Source: Candidatus Magasanikbacteria bacterium GW2011_GWA2_56_11 (GTDB lineage: Bacteria; Patescibacteriota; Patescibacteriia; Magasanikbacterales; UBA922). Taken from it: a DNA stretch of 64,000 bases. The notes beneath the pieces are model-generated. The model worked only from the letters and a program-made list of their open reading frames with translations, was not told the DNA's origin and ran no database searches. This document shows, piece by piece, positions 55,424 to 64,000 of the stretch. The first letter of the stretch is position 1. Each line of letters opens with the position of its first letter. Location: assembly GCA_001004885.1 (NCBI GenBank), contig LCRX01000001.1, positions 9,849 through 73,848 of the forward strand, written 5' to 3'. The translations under genes and the position numbers were made by a program.

Positions 55424-56917
55424 ATGGAAGGGATCTCACGAGAAAAAATCCATCCCGTGTTGTCGCCCGAATACCGGCAAGAGGTGGAGCACCCGGAAAA
55501 GATAGCCCAGAGAGCGGCGCATAATATTTGGGGCGGCTGGGAGCTGCACAGACTGGATATTGTCCGAGCCGGAACAGCGAGTCGCCCGGAGCTGGAACAA
55601 TTTCACCGCGCCCGGCTGCGCGATGTCTGGGAGAATTTATTTTCCCACGATCATCAGGCCGCGCTTAAGCTGACCAAAGAAATTGCGGCCGACCAGGAGA
55701 TGATACAGGGATTAGCCGAGTACCTTCGGAATTCGGGACAGGAGATTGTCGAGCCGCCGACCGATAGGGCAATCTGGGAGGCGCTGTCCGGCCAGCCGGC
55801 GTTATGCCGCTCTCTGCCCGATTCGTTGGCCGAGCGGCTGACGCGCCGTCATGTTGAATACGTGAATGCCCGCCAGGAAGCATTTGAACAGCGGGAGTTG
55901 CCCGCCATCATGGCCGAAACTGACCGCCGGATGCGTTTGGCTATCGCCCGCGGCACTATTCCGGTAACCGAGGAACAGTGGGAAAGATTTCGAAGCGTTA
56001 CGCCGATTAGACTGCTTGACCCCTTGTTCGAGTATGAAGACCGCGGAGGCAGTTACCGCAGTCACATCGTGTTTCTTTCTTCTGAGGCCGATGTTGAGAA
56101 TAAAGTTTCTATTTTAGTCCATGAAAGCCTGCACGCCTTGAGCGGCCGGACCGTTGTCCAGGTTACCGAGACAGACGAGGAGTTCGGCGACGACACCTCG
56201 TTTGACAATCGGCGCCTGGGATTGCATTTTTCCTCGGATATTTGGGCCGGGCGACAAGAGAAATTTCGCTGGCTCAACGAAGCGGTAACCGAGGATTTGA
56301 CAGTGGAAATATCCGGCGGCGAAGACCATGGGGTATACCAGCATGAACGCCGCCTGTTGGATCAGCTGTCCGGAGCGCTGGGTCCGGGCGGTCGGCGACG
56401 ATTTCGAGAGGCGTATTTTGAAGACTATGACCCTCAACTTAATAACGAGGAGAGGATACCATTCTACCGCAAACTAGTCCGGACGGTCGGCGCTGAATTG
56501 GGACAGGATTTTTTGGTTAATTTGGATACTTTCATCCACTGGCAACGCACCGGCGACGGCCAACGGATGCACTGGATGGAAGGGGTGGAAATAGCGGCTG
56601 GGCAGTGGGAACGCCGGGGCGAAAAATTCCCTGAGTACGTCGGTAACTGGGTTGAACAGCACCACCGCCGGTTTCGAGGGGTGAGTAACTGGATCGTTGA
56701 GGAGCTTTATAAGGAGGATCCGGGTTTATTAGAGAGGGTTAATTTTTATGAATTAGAGCAACTCTATCCCAAATTGTGGCGGGACAGAATCAGAAATAAA
56801 ATTCCGCATCCGTCGCAGTATGAGTTGGCGGTTTACCGGGACCTGGTTTATGAGCGCCTGGTTAGAGATATAAGGAAGCAGAAAAGGAAGGCAGGCGATG
56901 AATCAACTGCCAATTAG
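55424..56917 (+). CDS. Gluzincin-like metallopeptidase domain protein
   Basis: VHESLH (HExxH) plus WLNEAVTE. Confidence 0.7.
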   Translation: MEGISREKIHPVLSPEYRQEVEHPEKIAQRAAHNIWGGWELHRLDIVRAGTASRPELEQFHRARLRDVWENLFSHDHQAALKLTKEIAADQEMIQGLAEYLRNSGQEIVEPPTDRAIWEALSGQPALCRSLPDSLAERLTRRHVEYVNARQEAFEQRELPAIMAETDRRMRLAIARGTIPVTEEQWERFRSVTPIRLLDPLFEYEDRGGSYRSHIVFLSSEADVENKVSILVHESLHALSGRTVVQVTETDEEFGDDTSFDNRRLGLHFSSDIWAGRQEKFRWLNEAVTEDLTVEISGGEDHGVYQHERRLLDQLSGALGPGGRRRFREAYFEDYDPQLNNEERIPFYRKLVRTVGAELGQDFLVNLDTFIHWQRTGDGQRMHWMEGVEIAAGQWERRGEKFPEYVGNWVEQHHRRFRGVSNWIVEELYKEDPGLLERVNFYELEQLYPKLWRDRIRNKIPHPSQYELAVYRDLVYERLVRDIRKQKRKAGDESTAN

Positions 56918-57046
56918 TGGCTGGTAATTTCGGTTGGCCCGTGTTTTGGCGAGATCAATAAGTCGTGATTTCGGGTAAAGGATCAGCTTAACGTAATTCC
57001 CCAAACCGGGCTGCTTCTACGGAGTCAAGTTTATACACAGCGTCGG

Positions 57047-58531
57047 TCACACCGGCCGGAGCGGCTTTTTCGCGGGTCCCCGCAGCACGCTGCCATCCTG
57101 GTTAAACCGGCTCCCGTGGCACGGGCAATCCCAGGTCTTTGCCTGCGTGTTCCAATTTACGATGCAACCCAGGTGGGTGCATACCGCCGACATTGCGCGT
57201 ATGTTCCCTTGCTCATCTTTGTACACCGCCACCTTTTGCCCTTGCCGGTTGAGAACCGCGCCTGAGCCGGCGCCAAGCGTCTGTACCTCCTCGCTGCCGG
57301 CGGTTTTCTTTCTTCCGGCCACCAGCTCTTTTAAAAAACGCGCATTCTGCTTTAGGGTTTCTTTTACGCCCTGGAAACGTTTCAGGCTGTAGAGTTCCTG
57401 CGCCGCATTCTTGCGTCCGAGGATTATATCCGCATTCAAAATACCGGCGAGCGTACCAAACGTCATGCCGTCGCCCGCATACCCGGTCGCGGAAAGCGTA
57501 TCCGCTGGGGTAACGATGGAGTTCCCGATGAATGGCAAACCGTCCACCGTATTTATCACCTGGCCGCTCCATTCGTTTGTGATCGCGTACGCGCCATCCG
57601 GCAATAATTTTTTCAAATATTGCCGCAGGCGTCCATGTCGCTCGTGCGCATCGCCGCCCTTGCCGGTTTCATGGTCCTCGCCGCCGAGGAGGAACCGGTC
57701 TTGTCCCGGCAGAGAATCCACCCGAAAATAGTGGTAGGGGTCTTCCGCGTCAATATACAGCCCTTCTTTTACGATTCCGCTTCGGCATGTGCCGCCGATT
57801 ACATAGGTCTGTGAGGGGAGAATGCGCGTGTGGATGTCGAACGCCCAGTTGTTGGGATTGTGCGTGGCGATCACGATATGCTCCGCCGTCACCGTGCCGT
57901 TTTTCGTTTTCACCGCGGGCCGGCCCGCATGTTCATAGTCGGTTACTTCCGTATCTTGAAAAATTTTTCCGCCCATGGCGGCAACTTTTTTGGACAACGC
58001 GTACAGATACTTGAGCGGATGAAATTTTGCGTTGTTTTCTATCCGGAGGGCAAACGGAAAAGAAAGTACGTTATTTTCCGCGGTAACCGGAAAATCTAGG
58101 GCGCGCATGAGATCGTATTCCTTTTGGAGGGATTTTTTTTCTGCGTCATCCATAGCGCAGTAGTGCAGGGGGCAGCGCGTGAATTCGCAGTCCAAGCGTT
58201 CTTCCCCGACAATTTTTTCAATCGCATCAATAGCCGCCTGCGCTGAATGCCATACAGCGGCCGCTTTTTCCTTGCCCAACGTATTTACGAGTTCCGAAAG
58301 ATCAGCGTCTGTGGCATAAGTGAGAAAGGCGGTAGTGTTTCTGCTTTCCCCCGAGACCAGCCGGTCCTTTTCAAGCACGACGACCTTTTTCCCTTGCTTC
58401 AATAACAGGTAGGCAGTGGTAAGGCCGGTAATGCCTGCCCCCACAATCGCCACATCGGCGTGGTAATCCCTGGATAAGGAAGGAAATTCAGGCGTCGGTG
58501 AATAGTCATTCCAAATAGATTGTTGGTTCAT
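57047..58531 (-). CDS. FAD-dependent oxidoreductase with Rieske 2Fe-2S domain (YhfW-like)
   Basis: GAGITG, DGLPFIG, CTHLGC...CPCHGS. Confidence 0.93.
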   Translation of the reverse strand: MNQQSIWNDYSPTPEFPSLSRDYHADVAIVGAGITGLTTAYLLLKQGKKVVVLEKDRLVSGESRNTTAFLTYATDADLSELVNTLGKEKAAAVWHSAQAAIDAIEKIVGEERLDCEFTRCPLHYCAMDDAEKKSLQKEYDLMRALDFPVTAENNVLSFPFALRIENNAKFHPLKYLYALSKKVAAMGGKIFQDTEVTDYEHAGRPAVKTKNGTVTAEHIVIATHNPNNWAFDIHTRILPSQTYVIGGTCRSGIVKEGLYIDAEDPYHYFRVDSLPGQDRFLLGGEDHETGKGGDAHERHGRLRQYLKKLLPDGAYAITNEWSGQVINTVDGLPFIGNSIVTPADTLSATGYAGDGMTFGTLAGILNADIILGRKNAAQELYSLKRFQGVKETLKQNARFLKELVAGRKKTAGSEEVQTLGAGSGAVLNRQGQKVAVYKDEQGNIRAMSAVCTHLGCIVNWNTQAKTWDCPCHGSRFNQDGSVLRGPAKKPLRPV

Positions 58532-58740
58532 ACCGGACTAATTAATTTTATAAAGGCAGCATAACAAACCAAATAAAGGATGGATAGATAGCTAACTAAC
58601 TTTACAACTACGCAGCGGATAGCGAGTTAGATGCAGCTGTGGGGCATCTTTTAATGTCCCCGTCAGACGATTCGCAGCAAAAAGACGGCTTGATAGGCCG
58701 TCTTTTTGCTGCGTCGGGGTTTAAAAATTTTGCCTGGCGG

Positions 58741-59996
58741 TTAATTGAACGTGTTCCACAAGCTATAGAAAGAGAAAAGGCCGAAGAACGAAAAGGCGAT
58801 AATGATCAGGATTCGCCGCGCCAAGTGCGGCTGGATTTCTGGCGGCAGCTCTTTGTAATTGAGCCAGTTTACGAGCCCAATATGCACGAACATGCACAGC
58901 GCGTTGATAACCGCCCCGATCACGAGCAGTGTTAGCGGTTCTTTGAAGCCGAACGCGAATACGCCGATGCCGAACAGGATTTGAGCATTATCCCCATGAT
59001 GACGGCAAATAGCGATCCGATGGCGGGGATTGTTTTTTGTCCGATTACCCGCGCTTCATTCAACACGAATTTTATCCCCTGCGCGTTTCCTTCCAGCCCG
59101 AACGTGGTTACGAAAGATAGCAGGGCCAGCAGCAGAATAGTGGTTATTCCCAGGCCGTAAAATACCAGGGCGTGCTCCCGGTTTACCAGCTTCCACCATG
59201 ATTTGAACAGGGCGACGTTCTGTTCGGTCGGCTGGAATTCAAAACCGTTTAAATCTATTTTTTGCTGTCCGCCGCTGAACAGGCCTTTTATTTTTTCCGT
59301 GTAGTGTCCCATGCCGTATCCCTTTTCTCGGATATAGCTCGATTGGGTTAAATTTAAATTGCCGCCGGCGCCGCTATAGGCAAACGCGGCCAAGAACGTG
59401 GCCAGTGGTATGCCTACAGGCAGAAATGAATAACCGCGCCCCTGCCCGACAATACCCCGCAGCAGTTCGCTCCAATCGGTTCCGGCGGCCAAATAAAGAG
59501 TCAGCAGGACGATCGACGGCACGCCAATTAGAATTATGGCTTGCGAAAAACGTTCAATGGTGGGGTAAATATATTTGCCGGTACTCAAGATTATGCCAAT
59601 AAGAATCAGAAGCGCGATCGCCACGGCGGTGCTGTCGCCGCCGAGGACCGAAGAAAAAAGAAAAGCAGACGAAGCGATGATGCCCGGCCAGCCGAAGCCG
59701 ATAATCGTGGAAAGAATCAGCCAATAAGGAACCCAAGCCCAGCGCCGGGCGAGCCCCACGAATACGCTTTCGCCCCGCGCGAGGCTGTAGCGTTCGATTT
59801 CCATGTTAATAAAAAACTGGAACGTGATGCCGAGAACGGCTCCCCACACGATGCCCAGACCCCAATTGGAAGCCAGGTAGGGCCACAGGATAACTTCTCC
59901 TGATCCCAAGCCCAGGCCAAGCAGGATAAAACTGGGACCGAGCAGAGCCTTGAACGGTGGCGGCGACGGGAGGAGTTTTTGCGCGCGCTTTAACAT
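58741..59996 (-). pseudogene. Nramp/APC-superfamily transporter, deletion and frameshift near 58985
   Basis: GPSFILLGLGLGSGE, EIERY, AYSGAGG; C-terminal TMs (AQILFG...WNTFN) continue in another frame. Confidence 0.7.
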
Positions 59997-60232
59997 ATTT
60001 TGTGCTGGTACGATAAAAATATTTGTAAAGTATAGCACGAGATGCGGATGATTGTCTGCTCTAATTTGGTTGGACAGCCTCTCAGAGAGGTGTTCGAGGC
60101 CAATCCCCAACGTTCTGGTTGGGTTTTGCCATAAAAGACGGCGCTTGCGGTGAGCTTTTAGTACCCGTTGCCAGAGGTTGAATTTTAACAGTTTTGCTGT
60201 AGTATAGGTTTATGTTTTCTCGTTAAAAGAAC

Positions 60233-61084
60233 ATGACCTTAAGACGCAATTTCTCATTATTCGGGCCTCCTCTCCGGACCAGATCGCGGCTGCGGATTTG
60301 GGCGGGGACGATTTTTTTCTACTGTCGAAAGTATTTATACTGGTATTTTAGCCGGCATCGTTTTGCCCGCTCGCTCCTCGAACCCAGACAGGCGCAGGTC
60401 ATCGCCGAACACCGGACGCCGCTCTTAAGAAAACTGAATAACGTGGAAATGCAGTTGCAGTACAACAAGGTGCACAACCTGGGTTTGGCCATTCGGAAAT
60501 TAAACGGCCTGGCGCTAAATCCAGGGGAGATTTTCTCCTATTGGCGGCTTATCGGCCGGCCGACAAGCCGGGCTGGATACCGGGAAGGCGTGGTGCTCGA
60601 AAGGGGGCAGGTAATCGCCGGCATCGGCGGCGGCCTTTGCCAGCTCTCCAACCTCATTTATTGGCTGACGCTGCACACCCCGCTCATTGTAACCGAGCGC
60701 TGGCGGCATGGGTACGATGTTTTTCCGGATGCGGGTCGTACGCAGCCGTTTGGCAGCGGGGCCACCTGTTCGTACCCTAATATTGATCTGCAGATCAAGA
60801 ATCCGACCGCGCAGCCGTTTCAGCTTTCGCTCGAGCTGACCGCTACGCACCTTGTCGGCCGCTGGCTTTCGTCCGAGCCGTCTCCGGTGCGCTACGAGGT
60901 GTTTGAACGCGACCACCGGATAGAGGGCAATTGGGCCGGCGGGGATACCCGCCATAACCGGATATTCCGCCGGGTTATTGACTGTAAGACCGGTTTAGCG
61001 CTCCGGGAGGAGTTTGTTACTCAGAATCAGGCCCTGATGATGTACGAACCGTTGCTGCCGCCGTCCGGGGCGGCGGGGGATTAA
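60233..61084 (+). CDS. VanW-family protein
   Basis: PGEIFSY, GGGLCQLSN, ER.RH, GAT..PNIDL. Confidence 0.9.
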   Translation: MTLRRNFSLFGPPLRTRSRLRIWAGTIFFYCRKYLYWYFSRHRFARSLLEPRQAQVIAEHRTPLLRKLNNVEMQLQYNKVHNLGLAIRKLNGLALNPGEIFSYWRLIGRPTSRAGYREGVVLERGQVIAGIGGGLCQLSNLIYWLTLHTPLIVTERWRHGYDVFPDAGRTQPFGSGATCSYPNIDLQIKNPTAQPFQLSLELTATHLVGRWLSSEPSPVRYEVFERDHRIEGNWAGGDTRHNRIFRRVIDCKTGLALREEFVTQNQALMMYEPLLPPSGAAGD

Positions 61085-61085
61085 T

Positions 61086-61547
61086 TCAGAGATCAACCTT
61101 TTGACCGATGGGCGCGGCTGGAGGAGCCGTCTTATTCAGTTTTCTTCTTAGGATAAGAGCCAACTTGATGTCTGCCAGTATCAACACTGCGACTGCGGCC
61201 AGAGAGATATTTTGATATATCGGATCGGGGTCAGAAATGAGTCCGAGAAAAGTATATTCACCGTTGTCGATATCGCCGTCAACCATGAATAATGAAGCCG
61301 TGATCAGACTCATTTGACCGATTAAAAACCATCCCCGGCTGCGACTATCCAGAACAGATTTGTGCCGGGCAAATTTGAGGCTAAGTTTAAGATGCAAGAA
61401 TCTTACCGCGATATCGACTATGCCGGTCATGAACAGATATATAAAGCCGAAATTAACGATGCGGACAAAAAAGCTCAATATGGAAATGATAAACACGGCG
61501 GGTACGCTGGCTAGTAAATCAAATTTTTTGGAAGGGGCGCTGGGCAT
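61086..61547 (-). CDS. Hypothetical membrane protein
   Basis: Three to four hydrophobic segments. Confidence 0.6.
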   Translation of the reverse strand: MPSAPSKKFDLLASVPAVFIISILSFFVRIVNFGFIYLFMTGIVDIAVRFLHLKLSLKFARHKSVLDSRSRGWFLIGQMSLITASLFMVDGDIDNGEYTFLGLISDPDPIYQNISLAAVAVLILADIKLALILRRKLNKTAPPAAPIGQKVDL

Positions 61548-61895
61548 ATATTTGAAAAAAATTTCATACCAGCCAGTATAACACAGTAGAACTTACTCCC
61601 AAAATAATTCTGAGTCAGTTTCGAGCCTTTTAAGCGAAAAATGTCCAGGATTGAGGAACCATAATGGTATCATGGCGACGAAATATGGACATTTTGCAGT
61701 CAACACCAGACGAAAATGAGCCAGAATTATTTTGGGAAGTAGGCTCTAATTGCTTGAATAAAATTTTACCAGTTTGGTTCGGCGTGGTCGCAAATGTTTC
61801 CGGCAAGAAGATGGCCGGTCCGCCGCCTTTTTGGCGGCACTGTTTAGATAGGCGAATTGGCTCCGCCTTCGTGGCGGCCGCTGTGTATAACCGTC

Positions 61896-61947
61896 TTGAC
61901 AGGCGGCGGAGGGGGGTATATTATGGACCTATACCTATGGTATAGGT
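61896..61947 (+). promoter_or_regulatory. csoR-copA promoter with palindromic operator
   Basis: TTGACA(61896)-N17-TATTAT; ACCTATACC-tat-GGTATAGGT (61927-61947); G-tract-GTA half site, CsoR-like. Confidence 0.7.
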
Positions 61948-61972
61948 TAATTACTCAGTCTAAACCAACCCT

Positions 61973-62248
61973 ATGGTGGACCCCTACGTTTCCAAGATAA
62001 AAACCAACCTCAAGAAAACCCAGGGACAGCTGCAGCGGATTCAGAAAATGATCGAGGAGGATAGGTACTGCATCGACATCGCCCAGCAGGTGAACGCGGC
62101 CGTGGGGCTCTTAAAACAGGTAAACAGCTACGTGCTTGAGAGCCACTTGCTCTGCTGCGGAGCGGAAAAATTGAACGCGAAAGATAAGAAAACCAAAGAA
62201 GACTTCGCCAAAGAGCTGGTGCAGGCTTTTAGCATTAAAAATAAATAA
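61973..62248 (+). CDS. csoR: CsoR/RcnR-family metal-sensing repressor
   Basis: GQL..IQKMIEEDRYCIDI..Q..A, ESHLLCC. Confidence 0.9.
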   Translation: MVDPYVSKIKTNLKKTQGQLQRIQKMIEEDRYCIDIAQQVNAAVGLLKQVNSYVLESHLLCCGAEKLNAKDKKTKEDFAKELVQAFSIKNK

Positions 62249-62257
62249 TTTGTAGTT

Positions 62258-64000
62258 ATGTACCGTCGTATCACACTCAAAATTAGCGGCATGCACTGCG
62301 CTTCGTGCGAAAAAATTATCCAAGGGAACCTGGAAGATATCGGGGTGCGTGTCATAGGAATAGACGCCAAAACGGGAATGGGCGAGATCGAAGCGGACGC
62401 GTCGATCCCGGATGAGCGGATTTTGCAGCTACTCGAAGACGCCACGTACAAATCCGAGATCGTGGCCAGCACTGCCCAGCCCGCCGATCCCGGCGCCGGG
62501 CATGAAGACAGCCCGCCGCAGAGCCAGGTCGATGAAGCCTCCGGGCAAATAAGCGTAGAGAAGAAAATCGTCGCGCCGGACGCTCGTTTTAAAATGAGAT
62601 TGGAATCCACGCTCGAGGCCGAAGGAAAGTTCACGTCCGAGGGAGACGCCCCCGCTTTCAAGGGAAAAATGACGCAAAAAAGGAAGGGCGAATTTGAAAT
62701 CCCTGACGGTAAGGAAAACGTGGACAGTTTCATCGACAGCATTTTGCGGTCGGCTAAATTTTCCCAATTGTTCCAAACGCTGCCCGGAGAAGCCTCCCTC
62801 GGAGCTGGGGCTGGCGCGGAGCGGCAGGCTGCCTCGGCCCCGGTGGCGGCGGACGCGGAACAGTCCAAGGGAGAGCAGCGGACCGACCTGGTAATCGGCG
62901 GCATGCACTGCGCTTCGTGCGCCAATATTATTGCCCGGGGGCTCAAGAAAGTTCCCGGCGTAAAAACCGCCCAGGTTAATTTTGCGGCGCAAAAAGCCAG
63001 CGTAACGTTTGACGCCGGCGTGGCCAGGATAGAAAATTTGATCGCGGCCGTGAAGAAAGCCGGGTACGAGGCAGACGTATACGACCCCAAAAATACCGAG
63101 GCGGACAGGCAGCGCCGGGAAAGGGAAATAAAAAAGTACTTTACCAAGTTCCTTTGGAGTTTGGGTTTGAGCCTACCGATGCTTTATTTCATGCTGCTCG
63201 ATTTCTTTGTTTTGCCGGGCAGAGCCCTTTCTTTGCCGTTTATCGGCATTATTTCTCTTATTCTGACGGCTCCGATACAATTTATCATCGGTTCCGGATT
63301 CTATAAGGGCGCCTGGAGCTCGCTGCGCATGAAAATGTTCAACATGGACAGTCTCATCGCGATCGGCACCAGCACGGCGTTCTTTTACAGTCTGTGGCGC
63401 TTTCTGGATTACGCGATTCGAAACCAAAGCGTAGTCGGCCTGGGAGGAGCCAAAATTCCGGATTTGTATTTCGAGACAGCCGCTTTTCTTATCACCTTCG
63501 TCATTCTCGGCAAATGGCTCGAAGCCAAAGCCAAGGGCAAAACCAGCGACGCGATCAAGAAGCTTATGGGGCTGCAGCCCAAGACCGCGCGGGTAATCCG
63601 CGGCGGCCAAGAAGCGGACATAAACATCGAGGATGTAGTCGTGGGAGATGTCATCGTGGTCCGGCCGGGAGAAAAGATTCCGGTCGACGGCGCGGTGGTA
63701 AAGGGCAGCTCGTCGGTGGATGAATCAATGCTCACCGGCGAAAGCATCCCGGTGGAAAAGAACGCCGGCGACGTGGTGATCGGCGCCACGGTCAACAAAC
63801 ACGGGAGTTTCGAATTTAAGGCGTCGAAAGTAGGCAGCGAAACAGCCTTGGCCCAGATTATCCGCCTGATTGAAGAGGCGCAAAACTCGCGCGCCCCGAT
63901 CCAGAATTTTGCCGACCGGGTGTCGGCGTGGTTCGTGCCGCTCGTCTTGGTTATCGCCGCGCTTACCTTTATTGTCTGGTTCTTCGTCTTGGGCGCCAGT
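62258..64000 (+). CDS. copA: Copper-translocating P1B-type ATPase (3'-truncated by window edge; absent from the ORF track)
   Basis: Two GMHCASC HMA domains, [24 protein letters not shown] and DESMLTGES, all in one frame from ATG 62258. Confidence 0.95.
   Translation, partial: MYRRITLKISGMHCASCEKIIQGNLEDIGVRVIGIDAKTGMGEIEADASIPDERILQLLEDATYKSEIVASTAQPADPGAGHEDSPPQSQVDEASGQISVEKKIVAPDARFKMRLESTLEAEGKFTSEGDAPAFKGKMTQKRKGEFEIPDGKENVDSFIDSILRSAKFSQLFQTLPGEASLGAGAGAERQAASAPVAADAEQSKGEQRTDLVIGGMHCASCANIIARGLKKVPGVKTAQVNFAAQKASVTFDAGVARIENLIAAVKKAGYEADVYDPKNTEADRQRREREIKKYFTKFLWSLGLSLPMLYFMLLDFFVLPGRALSLPFIGIISLILTAPIQFIIGSGFYKGAWSSLRMKMFNMDSLIAIGTSTAFFYSLWRFLDYAIRNQSVVGLGGAKIPDLYFETAAFLITFVILGKWLEAKAKGKTSDAIKKLMGLQPKTARVIRGGQEADINIEDVVVGDVIVVRPGEKIPVDGAVVKGSSSVDESMLTGESIPVEKNAGDVVIGATVNKHGSFEFKASKVGSETALAQIIRLIEEAQNSRAPIQNFADRVSAWFVPLVLVIAALTFIVWFFVLGAS

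Noticed and set aside
61664-61945. 93-aa ORF upstream of csoR (and 58639-58935)
   Set aside because: No recognisable motifs; overlaps the csoR promoter/operator, or is antisense to the transporter tail

Overview
Bacterial chromosomal window. The gene content and style (DUF4012, wHTH-NTase regulator, alpha2-type GlyRS, mostly SD-less core genes, tRNAs without encoded CCA) point to a Patescibacteria/CPR genome (inference). The core backbone includes dnaE (partial), tsaD, rplJL with an L10 leader, tsaB, acyP, mreB, ribA-ribD, holB, frr, glyS with a T-box, tpiA, mutM, five tRNAs and csoR-copA (partial). Three accessory regions stand out. (1) An island between tsaD and tRNA-Glu holds a predicted single transcription unit: a CCA-enzyme/HD-Pnk-type HD phosphoesterase gene, then a highly structured RNA wrapped around a 176-aa ORF, then an intact type III hammerhead ribozyme and a terminator. 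An orphan poly(A)/CCA-polymerase-like NTase and a DarT-like protein lie next to it. (2) Eight tandem paralogous class I methyltransferases with an LGxTxExR motif end in a PEP-utilising swivel-domain gene. (3) An integrase-less, integron-like array of gene cassettes lies downstream of tRNA-Thr(GGT), separated by three ~90-bp att-like repeats. Other notable items are a glycine T-box with an ultrashort Stem I, several unassigned structured leaders, and three genes broken by internal deletion plus frameshift. All calls were made by eye, with no database searches.
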